Assembly: GCA_035084275.1 (NCBI GenBank)
Contig: CM068754.1
Coordinates: forward strand, 9,052,001 to 9,116,000
Reading direction: 5' to 3'
From: Hydrolagus colliei
Taxonomy: Eukaryota
DNA length: 64,000 nucleotides
Part shown: in pieces, positions 38,913 to 49,862 of the stretch
Layout: every line of letters begins with the position of its first letter
Numbering within the stretch: the first letter of the stretch is position 1
Notes under the pieces: model-generated
The model's database searches: none
Seen by the model: the letters and a program-made list of their open reading frames with translations, nothing else
Told to the model about the DNA's origin: nothing
Program-made: the position numbers and the translations under genes

Positions 38913-39909
38913 TGTCTCTATGCATCTGAAACTACCAACACTCACTATTGAGGCTTAGGCTTCAAGAGGAGAGAAAATTATCAAGACAAAAGTGACTTTT
39001 TCCGTTGATCACGTATCTTCATTTTCTTAATTTTTCGATAATCTCTGAGTTCTGAAAACAAAATGCCTTGTGATGCCTCATAATTTCTTCTCCTCACACT
39101 CGTATTCTCGAATTGAAGATGTCCTGTCTGAAAAGTTCCCCAAATATTCATTATGTCCTAATCTATTCAGGCACTTTTCTGTGCTAAATGACAAAAGTAT
39201 GTGAGTCTTATCAAGATTGGCTGACATGTTGATGAATTGCAGTTATACAGTTCATATCTCAGAGCCCAGCATATTTGGTCAGCCTTTGAGAACAAAAAGA
39301 AAGGTGCAAGCAAGAAAGTTTGTCATTTAGTATTAGTGTCAACTGATCAATGTCCTTCAAGACTACAGAATGTTAAAGAATCTCAGGCTATTTCTGTTTT
39401 GTACGAAGGATGAACTTTGGGCCAGTTTAAGAGTGAAACATTTCAAATTGTGTATTTGGGCTGCCATCTCTTGACATGCAAAGCGTGTAAATCATTAATT
39501 GCATATTTCTGCTGTTCCATTAAGCTGGGTGTGTGAACAGGCCTAACAAATTACCTCTCTCCCACACACACATAGTGGTCCTATCATTTTTCTACAAGAA
39601 ATTGCTGTGCAGATGTAAAGGTGCATTATATTGCTATTTTAGTACCAAAAAGAGATTTAGCAAGTAAACAGTTGTTGAAAATTTAAAGGCCAAAATATGT
39701 CAACATAGAAATCTATTTTCGACAGTATTGTGGATCAGGTTGAAACTCCTCTCCCACCCTCTGATTTTTCCATACCGTCTGTCCCCAGAGTATGCACTGA
39801 GCTCAGTACAGTCACATCATTGGCACCTTCAAGTAAATAAATCCTCCCATACTGTCTAATTGTAATGTCCTTATTAACAGTGATGAAAGGTGGAAAATGA
39901 GACTTTGTC

Positions 39910-39967
39910 CAACAACAGCAACAACAAAATTACAATTTGTAATTTTTCACGTCAGGAGGACCTCCCA
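39910..39967 (-). mobile_element. Minimal L2-type stem-loop insertion (partly deleted)
   Basis: aacaacagcaacaacaaaattaca...tttcacgtcaggaggacctccca. Confidence 0.7.
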
Positions 39968-40306
39968 TCTTTGTTCAAGATGTCTGTCTGTAAGCAATTC
40001 TGAGCAATTCTGAGTAGAGTTTAGGCTGTAGTTTGTATCTTAACTATTAGTTGAATCATGTGGAAACTAATTGTAATGGACTCTTTTCAACCAAAGCAAT
40101 TATGCAGGTGTGGTTTACGTTTAGGATACACAAAAGGGAATGATGTGTCACTAGTATAACTCAAATAGAACACTGCTGACATTACTAATGAACATAGTAA
40201 TGAATACTATCCTGCGTGAAGGGCACACAAAAAAATGCAAGTGGTTGTATAAAGGCAAGTTGTTGCCTTTATCCAGGAAAGCACCATTTTGTGAAATATC
40301 CAGTTT

Positions 40307-40398
40307 AGCAATCCTCGCATTTGATACAGTGCCATTCACGTCAGGTGGATGTCTCAAGGTTCCCAGGTTATACTTAAGAGTAGTGACTGTACATTTTG
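40307..40398 (-). mobile_element. SINE 3' fragment
   Basis: aatcctcgcatttgatacagtgccattcacgtcaggtggatgtctcaagg...gtgactgtacattttg. Confidence 0.65.
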
Positions 40399-40423
40399 TC
40401 TTCAGGGTTTGTGACTCCTGTCA

Positions 40424-40657
40424 TTTTCTCCCCCCCCATCCTCTTCTATTGAAGATTTTTTTTCTTCTTATGGACATATGATTCCACGGGTATCAGATTC
40501 TCTGTGGTAAACGGCACAAGTGGTCATTAAACATGGACCAGCCTTGGTAATACCTATTAGTAGCCTAATCATGGGGCGGTGGGGGGAGGAGGGCATCACT
40601 GCTAAACTGGATCCTGCCCTCACCAAATATCACTCATAAATAAGATACTGCCAGCAG
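40424..40657 (-). mobile_element. LF-SINE 3' half
   Basis: ttttctcccc...ttccacgggtatcag...caagtggtcatt...ggagggcatcactgctaaactggatcctgccctcacc...ccagcag is colinear with the reverse complement of the recalled LF-SINE consensus. Confidence 0.75.
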
Positions 40658-43600
40658 AAAATGTTCAATTATGGAAATAAGTAAAGTGCTTGAAGCAAAA
40701 ATCCTTGAAGAGTATTATACAAATTTTGTGCTCAGTACCTTACTGTACAGTTCATATTTACATGTGTGATGTGATCAAACTGAGATGTTGCAAATTAGAA
40801 TGAATAGATGTGCTGACCCGAATGGCTTCCTTTTAGTTCATGTGCAGAGAATCTCTTTTGTACAGCATGTGTCACTGCATTTCACAAGAGATGTAATTTC
40901 ACATGCATCCGGGAGGAGGTAGCTTGGTTGCTTGCTGGGATTTTGTGCCAGCAAAACAATAAGGTGAAATACCATAGCTTTCTTTCAATACGATTAAGAG
41001 CAAGAAAAGTAAGCAATGCTTTCACGTGTTCACTTATAATGAGATGTTATTACCACATTTTCAACTAAACCGATTAAGTTGATTGAGAGTGACTTGAGGT
41101 AGATAAAGCTTCTCTAAGAACTATTCCATCAGCACCATCTCTAGGAACTCTGTGACTTTTGTCCTGGTTGGTCCGATTTTATTTCACAGTTTAACAGTCC
41201 CCAATTGTGAATAAATCCTCCCGGATTAGTTCATTTCCCCGTAAGGCCTGGGATCTCCCCTTGTAAGGTGACATAGGCAAGAGCAGGGATCTGAGATTGG
41301 AGTTTGGACATCATGTTGTTGATGTTCAGGGAGATGGGGGAAGATTCATTTATCTTCACGTGTAGTACTTTCCCGGATCCATTCTTATTTATTGCTCAGA
41401 AGCACGGTAGCTCAATTGATATGTAGATGTGTAATCAAAACTGCAATTGCTCACACAATTTATGTTCCGATTGCAGATACAGATTTTATTGGGGGTGGTG
41501 GGAAGGGGGTTGGTGGGAGGAGAATTGCCCTTGTATTGTAACTAAAACATTCCTTGAATGGCTACTATGGCCCAGAAGTGCTAAGATTGTAACAATGATC
41601 CTCAAATTGACTTGCCAGTGCGCTGCAGCACACTTTATTTTGGAGACTGTTCTCGTGTTCAAAGATATCTTTTTTGGGGGGTAACCGCGATGTTGCTAGT
41701 TTTTGGGGGGATTCGGTTAGCTTCAGCAACTGGTTCGGTTCCACTTTTTGAAATGTGTCAATTTCAGGTGGAAATGTTAGCACTTTTGAGTGTCTGACCG
41801 CCAGAGGCGTTGTCTTTTAACAATGGGAAGAGTTCTCATCTCGCTGGACGTGCGTGTCTGCTTGCAGCAAGGGATAAAACCATCGGATTTAAATAGATGC
41901 GACCACATTTTTAAAAAATATGCAAAGTAAATGCTGGATACAGCGTTTACGAATATATGCGAATCCTTTTTTTGTGTTTAATAAATCATTTCAGATACTC
42001 CACAGCTTTCACCACTGCTTCATCCCAAGCCATTTTTTTTTTGGCAGTTTTCTGTTGTTGTGCCAAATGAACATTCACAGTCGGCTGGAACACCTGCCAG
42101 TCCTCAGTGCTAATGTGCTTCTGAGAAAATAATGATGAAAACTGAAAACATAGCCAGAACTGCCAATTTACTGTTGTAACCTTTTCATTACTCTGAAGGA
42201 TATTTACACAACTTCTAAAAGCGATGAAAGAGCGAGGCTTTGGTTGAGTCCAGTCGCCTTAGCCTTAGAAAGTGGTGCTTTGTACGTTGCTTTGGCGTGT
42301 GATATTTTCATCTGCCTTGTTTTGGAAAGAGAAAGGAAACCAAGTGTATCATTTGACTAAAGTATATGACCTTGGAGACTTCATCCGAATTCAGCACAGA
42401 GTGCGTTTTTTTTTCCATGAGGTGAACTTAACAAGAGATCGACGATCCCTCAGGATGAATAAAACTCATTTTCTCATTTTGTTACACGCAGATTTGCATT
42501 GTCGAAACTGAAAAGAGCTCCTTCCTGGAGGAGCTCAGGTGTTTTCCTTTAGCTTACTATATCGCCATATTCTGTTTAGCTTAGTGTCAACAACCCAACA
42601 TCAGATAACATTCAGAAGTGTGAGCCGCTTTACTTGCTTGTATCATTTTGTTATTTCAATAATCTAACCACTCTATCAAAAACTGTAATTAAAAAAAACA
42701 ACGCTTAAAAATGAGGCCAAAAACTTACAAGTCAGGGTGCCTTTGAAGATATTTAATTAAAATCTAATCCAGCATTCTTAAAGGCTCACATAAATTAAGC
42801 TGTCATTCAGGAGATTTATGCATTCACATTTGCATATTACATACAATTCATCAATTACTCATGTTTGAAAGCACTGCCTTTCCCTGGGAGCTGATTGCCA
42901 CTGTGCCAACATGCAAAATGAGAAACAAACTGTGCCCGCTGTACCTCTGGAGAAAGCTACTTCCATATGTCCATTCTTTACCCACTCCACTAAAGAACTA
43001 AAACAAATCTGATTTCAAACAAAAAAAATTAACTCTTTCAGACTTTACTTCTTTGATTGGCGCAGTCCATTCCGTGGGTCCTGACGTTATCAATTTCGAT
43101 TTTTTTTTATATGCGTATAAAATAACATAATTTATACATCTAAAATAAATCTTACCCACTACCAAAAATTTTGAGTGTCGACATTGTTCCATTGCTCTAT
43201 AACATTGATATTTAAATAGAATTACACTGAGGATTGCATAACATCACCAGCTAGTTTTGTTCTGCTTAGCGGGGGGAGAATTCAGCACAGAGTAATGAAA
43301 CGGCCATTCAACAAGCTTTTGATTTTTTTTTGACCCCAGGATTCTCGATATTGTAATTTGTTGATAAGTTTCTTTGATTTTAAAATACTGTAGAAATAAG
43401 TAGCGATAAACATATCCTACTGTTTGAGATCTACTTGAAACGTATCAAGTGGAAAGGATATAGTTTTGATCTCAGTGACTCACTCCAATCTTGCCTTTTC
43501 TTGTCTCTTTTACAATCCTCTATTGCTGAGATACCGGCACCCAAACAATGCCACAACTTGCAACGTGGAAATTTGGCTTCAGTATGAGTGTTAAGAAGCA

Positions 43601-44402
43601 GTGAGACTCCCCATTCTGAGAACATCTATTGACATTGCACCTGAAAAATTGTAGGCATAGCTCCATAAAGCTAAGTGCTATCTTTGAAACAAGAATAATT
43701 ATATAGATTGCTTATAAAAATGGCATCTATTTATATGATTTGTTCCTCAACCCATTTAATCACTCATGCTGCAGATGAGCAATAAGGTAGAAAAATATTC
43801 ATGCACAAAAAAAGCTAACTAAGGTGGCCTGGATTACCACAGTGCACTGAGCGCATACAAAGCGCAAATAATTGCTCTTCCCTTTGGATCAGGATTATTC
43901 CTTAAACTGTTGGGCCTGAATCAGGAATTGATGTGATCAGAACGCACAGTGAATGGCTTATCAAGCAGAACTCCAGGTTTGAATTAAACCCCAATGGGCA
44001 TATTGCTCAGAAATAAATGCTGGTGCAAATACAAATTCTGCTATGTTGTGTTCATGGGTTTACTTTGTGGTGCATTTCTGTTGCCTTTCCCATTTCTATC
44101 AGAAAAAGTCAAAATGGAAGTTTGCCTAGATTCATTAGGCAGTAAAAGTAGCGTTATGGGATACAAGATCCATTTATTGCATATAAATGCACTGAGATCT
44201 GTGCTTGCACCTCCACTTTGCTGCAAAAAACAATCTGGCCTCATATACAGGCATCTCCTTGACATTTAGGAACAATCATTGAAGCATAACCTACTCACTT
44301 TTCTTCTGTCTTTGGTAGAGTTTATCTGTTCAGTTCCTGTAAAAGCCTTAAAATTGATGTAAATCCTTGTGATCAATTTCTGTCTAGTAAGAGTGTTCTC
44401 TG

Positions 44403-44630
44403 CAACAACTTCTATTTACAGTATATAGCGCCCTTCAGGTAGGTATCTTTGGGTGCTTCATAATGATGGACACCAAGAAATTAGGAGGGGTAATAGGGAG
44501 GTGACATTAAACATGGTGGAAAAGGTAGGTTCCAAAGCGGTATTTAAAAATAGACTGAGGGGTGGGGAGAAATAACAGTAGCGGAGAGGAAGTTGCAGAG
44601 GTTAGTGGTATAGTAGATGAATTCTAAAGG
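44403..44630 (-). mobile_element. L2 LINE 3' end, degraded
   Basis: caacaacttctattt...tatagcgcccttca...ggtgcttca...ggaggtgac...aaggtaggtt...ggaagttgcagaggttag. Confidence 0.6.
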
Positions 44631-44945
44631 AGAATAAACACTGTTGAAGCTATCCATGCAGTTTAGTTTATGAATGAGCAAATCTCCGCCTAGTTCATCG
44701 CTAATAAGAAAAATCCATCGCTGCTTTTAAAAGTTCCAGTTCATTAATGATATTATAGAATTTGTTGTTGTTTAAGATTGCACATATGATATGGTCAGCA
44801 GAATGCTCCATTCTAGGTAATTAACCAGGCCGGCACTTAAAGGTACCTACTGTAATTAACAGTGATAAAATTACTCATGTAAAGTCTGTGTAACAATGTG
44901 TCACTCAAATCATGTTTCAAGACAAACTGTTCACTCCATGAAGTT

Positions 44946-45010
44946 GCACTAAGACACAGAGACCACATGGTTGCAGGCTTGATTCTGGTCTATGCTGTTA
45001 GATAATCTTG
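44946..45010 (+). mobile_element. LF-SINE-like head fragment
   Basis: cactaagacacagagaccacatggttgcaggcttgattctggtctatgctgttag resembles tactgagccacacagaccaggaaggtcccaggttcgatccccggtctgtgctgagttag. Confidence 0.4.
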
Positions 45011-47164
45011 GTCAGTGATTAGCGTTAGCAAGCCTTAATAAGTGTTTGAATGTTGAAAAAGTCTGCCTTTGCTCAAAACCTAGCTCCATCCTGGTTGGGC
45101 TGCTGTTAGAAACGTGATAGAAATAAGAGGCACAGTGTGTCACGGAGCACATGGACATTAACGTCCTTATGTCGCTTCGCACACTACACAAAGTGAGAAG
45201 CGTTGTCTATTGCACCTGGCTTAGCAATGTTTCGAAGATTAAGTTTTTTTAAAAAGCCACTGTAAGGATCCAGAGTGAGAGCAACACCTTAAAGGTTTAT
45301 TGTCAAGTACAAAACTAGCAAAATAACGATGGTCTCCATTTTGATTAGAATGAGTTTTAATTAAAAACAAAATAATGCATAGAACATTTATAAGAGAACC
45401 AAAAGGTATATAAAATCGATTGTGAGATTTAGTGGATGAAGATTTATATGATGCATAAAATCACAGTTTATAAATCCAATCTCGTAGCTATTCTGTCTGT
45501 TTTTCTGCGTAATTAGTCTTATCAAGATAAAAACAAATAGAGGCTTTATGTGCTTCCTCAGATAGTCTAGAAATCTTATGCAATGGCGTGGTTGTCGCCA
45601 AATGTATTATCAGTGATACAATTGAAGCTGAGTATCGTAAACTGTGAACAAGTTAAAATATACGTAAATATTTGTATTTCCTGTGACTGTGCACATCAGT
45701 GCTGTTAGTCTACACGCTGTTTGCGCCACATGTTTCCGAACATGTTTGCTTTGTCTGGTCATTAAAGAGTGGATATTTCAAATTCTGTTATCATCCCAAC
45801 TAATACAGTAATACAAACAGATGGTAGATGGCAGCAATAGAGACATCTGCACTCCTTTCTTTGTTTATCAGAATCGGAGCTGTTGAGAAGTCAATACAAT
45901 ACAATACATACTGTATATATCTAATGGTCCATTAATCAATGGTGTGCTTCACTGACAAAAATATCTAAGTGAAAGGAGGGGATTTAACCCCTTTCCAGGC
46001 AATCCATTCTTTGCAGCTCATGGCTCATTTGCCATTTTATAATGAGATGTGTGGTTTAGCAAATGTTTTAGCAGGAAATGGAACATGCAAATGTCAAGAG
46101 GCAAGATCCAGTTGCATTAAAATGAGGCTGAGGTGAATAAAAGCAGCAGGTGAATAAAATAAAAGAGGAACAATGACCCTATATATAGAGGGTATTATTA
46201 GACCTCCATCTCACGGCTTTATGACAGATCTGTAGCAAAACACAGGTGGAATTGAAACACGGATTAAATTAAAATTCAGTGTGGACATATATAAATAGAA
46301 ATACAATGACATCCTTCTGCATAAATTCTCCCCCTCCCCCTATGTTCTCTCCTTAATCTCGTCATTTAAAGATGTTAACTCATGAGGGTACAGTTTCACC
46401 TCTCAGTTTCACCACATGGCGCCGCCAAAACCGTACCCCCTAAATTCGCTGTTAAATTTTTCATTGGACGCGAGTCTGTAAACTGGCATCATTGAGTGAT
46501 GATGTGTGCACTTAATGAGAATATCCAGCATCAAAACAGCGACATTTAGCAGCAAGACGATACCATCCCTGACACTGGCAGGTTTTCTTGACTTTGAGGT
46601 GATCACAGCCATCCATTCTCCTGTTCATCCCCTTTGAATACCTGCTTCAAACGTTATAAATAGAATGTGTAGTAACCAGCCATAGAAGATAAATTTCTCT
46701 TCTTCTGAGGCTGACTGTAATCCACCAGTGACTTGGTCACTCAGGAGATGTCCAGTCAGCCTTGCTTGTGAAGTTAGATATAAGACTTCATGACTGGCCT
46801 TGACATATCCTCCGTTTCATTTCTACACAAGCAAGGCCAACTGAATGCAGCACACATACTGAAATTTAAATTTAAAAGATAAGGAATTCTGATTTATATT
46901 ATAAGCTGGGAAGCCAGAAGTAGATGTCTCATGATATAGCAACTCAACTGCGATGTCCCTGATTTTATTGAAATCAGATTTATTTCTATTTCCTCACGGA
47001 TGTTGTGATCCACATTTGCTAACGTATGTTTTTTTTTCCATTCGGTGAAATGGATTCCATTTCCCATCTGTGTGACATTTATTAACCAATGAAAGCAGCA
47101 AAGATTAATTCCAAGTATTGTTTTACATAACCCACTTTCAGTGGATTGACAATGGCAGCCATCC

Positions 47165-47330
47165 ACTTCATTTCACTTCATGGCTGTTTGTGGGTCATTG
47201 CTGTGTGCAAATTGGATCCCGTGTTCACTTACAAAATATAGTCATTTTGCTTCACAATCTATCCTGTGAAGTGCTTCGATACATCCCCCTGACGTGAAAG
47301 GTGTTTTATCAAATGCAAGAATTATTATTA
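47165..47330 (+). mobile_element. DeuSINE 3' half
   Basis: gctgtttgtgggtcattgctgtgtgcaaattgg...ctgtgaagtgcttcgatacatccccctgacgtgaaagg...atcaaatgcaagaattattatta. Confidence 0.85.
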
Positions 47331-47964
47331 TGCAGTTTACTCAGCATATTCTATGCAAAGCAGTACACAAGATGTGCTTACATGCAACAATATATGCAGA
47401 ATGAACGATGAATATTAAATGCAAATATTCCCCATGGCTCTTAAAGAAATCGAGCATTTTACTAAATGAACATTAATTATTTCTGAAAACTGTTCATCTT
47501 CGGGTTAAATGTCACAGTAAAATAAAACCGTAGAATTCAAGGCTTAATTTTGCCACGTTTCACTAGCTCTTGGCTGAAGCATTATATCAAACTCTTTATG
47601 GCATTAAAAGATTCACCTGCAGAAGGAGTACTATTTACTTTATTTTAACATTGTCAATCTTTTCAAACAGGGCCAAGAATATTCTTTGTTTTATATTTTC
47701 ATAATAATTCTTCCAATGTCTTCCAATATCCCACTTTTCATTATGATGCTAATGTAGATTAATGTAGAATTGCAATCTACAATTCTATTGTAGGTACTGG
47801 AATATAACATTATTCAGTATCCAAGGCCTATCTTTATGTGTGAGTCCAGGTAGGTAGTGCAAGGCGCTATACAAATGTAACTGTGTTGTTGTTGTAGGGT
47901 CCATAAGTTATTGAGTCAACAACAGATTGTTGGGGGTTTATCAAGCCCAACCCCACCTGGTGCT

Positions 47965-48085
47965 CACACAGCATCCAGATGTGTACGCATTTTCCCGCAG
48001 AAGTTGCTGGTTAGTGACCAGGAATAAAAACTCTGGCTGTTTTGTTAGCCATGTTACCCCGGGGCCAATTGGAATTGCTCCACTC
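47965..48085 (-). mobile_element. LF-SINE central fragment
   Basis: Minus strand caattggcccc...cagccagagtttttattcctggtcactaaccagcaacttctgcgggaaaatgcgt matches caattggcctc...cagccagggttcccgctcctgatcgctatccagtgacccctgctggaaagtgcgt. Confidence 0.65.
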
Positions 48086-48744
48086 TCGATTGGCTAGTAA
48101 ATGCAAATGGGAAAAAGTTGGAAATGGCTGAAGCATTACAAGATTGGGGTATTAGGTGCTGACTGACTTGTGAGTTTGATTAAATCACTAAATCTGAAAG
48201 TTAGCAAAATACTAATACCACAAAGGCTGGTCCGAAACCAGTCATGCGGTAAACTATTTTACCTTTCCACAACTCACCCCCCTCCCCCATCCCCCGATTC
48301 AACAAATATTAATTGAACTAGTGTGTCTGCCAGGAATGAATGCAACTTGGAACCTTTCTTAATCGCAACAGACATCTATTAAACATCTATGGATTTTATA
48401 ATTATCAACCAACCATGCTTAAACATCTGTGTTTTAAGTTGTTACTTATTTTGTCATAAAAATTCCCAGACAAGGGAATTAATGACCATTTCACAAGAAA
48501 CTATTTGTCATAAGGACTTTTCCTTTTCCTTAAACATTAATAATATACAGATGCTGGTACAAAGGGTAAAAGCCCAGCATACGTTCCTTTAAATGTCTGC
48601 GCTTATTGTAACCAAAAGGTTTCACTTTTGAAGATTGCCTTACTGCAGCTCTATATTTGTTTAATGGGCTGTTTTTAAGAAGCGATTGTGATCTTAACTA
48701 TTTACAGTTTGAAATCACATGCTGATTAGAATCTCTCTGTGTGT

Positions 48745-49112
48745 CCATCACCCCCATCTTTGTTTGGTTCCATTGGCTCCCCAACCCTCAGTGGATCCAA
48801 ATCAAGATTCTCCTCCTTGTTTTCAAATGCTTACATGAGCTTTCCTTACTCTGTCCTATCTATGCATCCTCCTGCAAGTATACTACCTTAGACGTTCTAT
48901 TTGTTCAGGAAATACCAAGCTGCTTTGTGTCCCCTGCCCGATTTGCCCCACAACTGGTTGGCAAGCTTTCAGCGATTTGGCCACAGCCCTCAGATCTCTA
49001 TTGCTCTATTCATTCTAGATTGCCTTGTTCCCCATCCACCACACTCAATCCTACTCCCTGGCCCTGGGCTCAGGCTCACGGAAAGCTGTGAAGTGCTTTG
49101 AGAAGTCTTCCT
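48745..49112 (+). mobile_element. L2 LINE 3' fragment
   Basis: ITPIFVWFHWLPNPQWIQIKILLLVFKCLH matches the L2 HITP..LHWLPV..RI.FKILLL.FK motif; tail ctgtgaagtgctttgaga. Confidence 0.8.
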
Positions 49113-49579
49113 ACAGTGCCCAAAATCTGATACATTTATTTCCTGCTTGTCACAATTACTGTATTCGATAACATATAGTATTAGATAACCTTCAAGACCT
49201 GTATCCTATATAATCAGACCATTTTCAATGCATCAGAAACAATCTGATAAAGATAGACATGAACGCATTGAACAGAGTTGAGGAAAGATGCAATCTGCTG
49301 TTGAAATGACCGCACTGTTCTGTAGCAGCCGACACAAGTACTGAGAACTACTTCAGGATCAATTCAAATCCTGCATTATCATTGTCAGACCTTCTGAAGA
49401 AATAAGTGGATATTTTTCCAGGGAAAATTCAGCACCACTTAACAGTCATGGTAATATTCATAGAAGCTGATAATCTGTCTACCAAAATATGAGTTAGAGT
49501 TACCAGTGCCAGAAGTGGACTATCTGTTTTTCTGCTTTATGCTCTCGCTCTTTCTAAAAATATATATTGGGACTTTTGA

Positions 49580-49717
49580 CAAAAACACAAAATACTGCAG
49601 ATGCTAGAAGTCTGAAACAAAAACAGAAATCGCTGGGAACACTCAGCAGTCAGACAGCACCTATGGAGAAAGGAAAGTGAGTCAACATTTTGGGTCCAAC
49701 GACCCTTCGTCAGAACT
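49580..49717 (-). mobile_element. Penelope-like element terminal (pLTR) fragment with candidate target-site duplication
   Basis: aaaatactgcagatgctagaagtctgaaacaaaaacagaaatcgctgggaacactcagcag...gagtcaacattttgggtccaacgacccttcgtcagaact, flanked by attgggacttt(t)ga at 49566-49579 and 49720-49732. Confidence 0.75.
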
Positions 49718-49739
49718 CAATTGGGACTTTGATCTCATT

Positions 49740-49862
49740 CTAAGGTGACACTACAGCGCAGTACTGGTGGAGTGCTGCATTGCATTAGGTGTCATTCTTT
49801 AGATGAGATGGAGGGTACCCTTTGCCTGTTTGGACAGAAGTTAAAGATTCAATGACAATTTA
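49740..49862 (+). mobile_element. SacSINE1-like DeuSINE fragment
   Basis: tgacactacagcgcagtactggtggagtgctgcattg...ggtgtcattctttagatgaga...gttaaagattcaatgaca. Confidence 0.7.
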
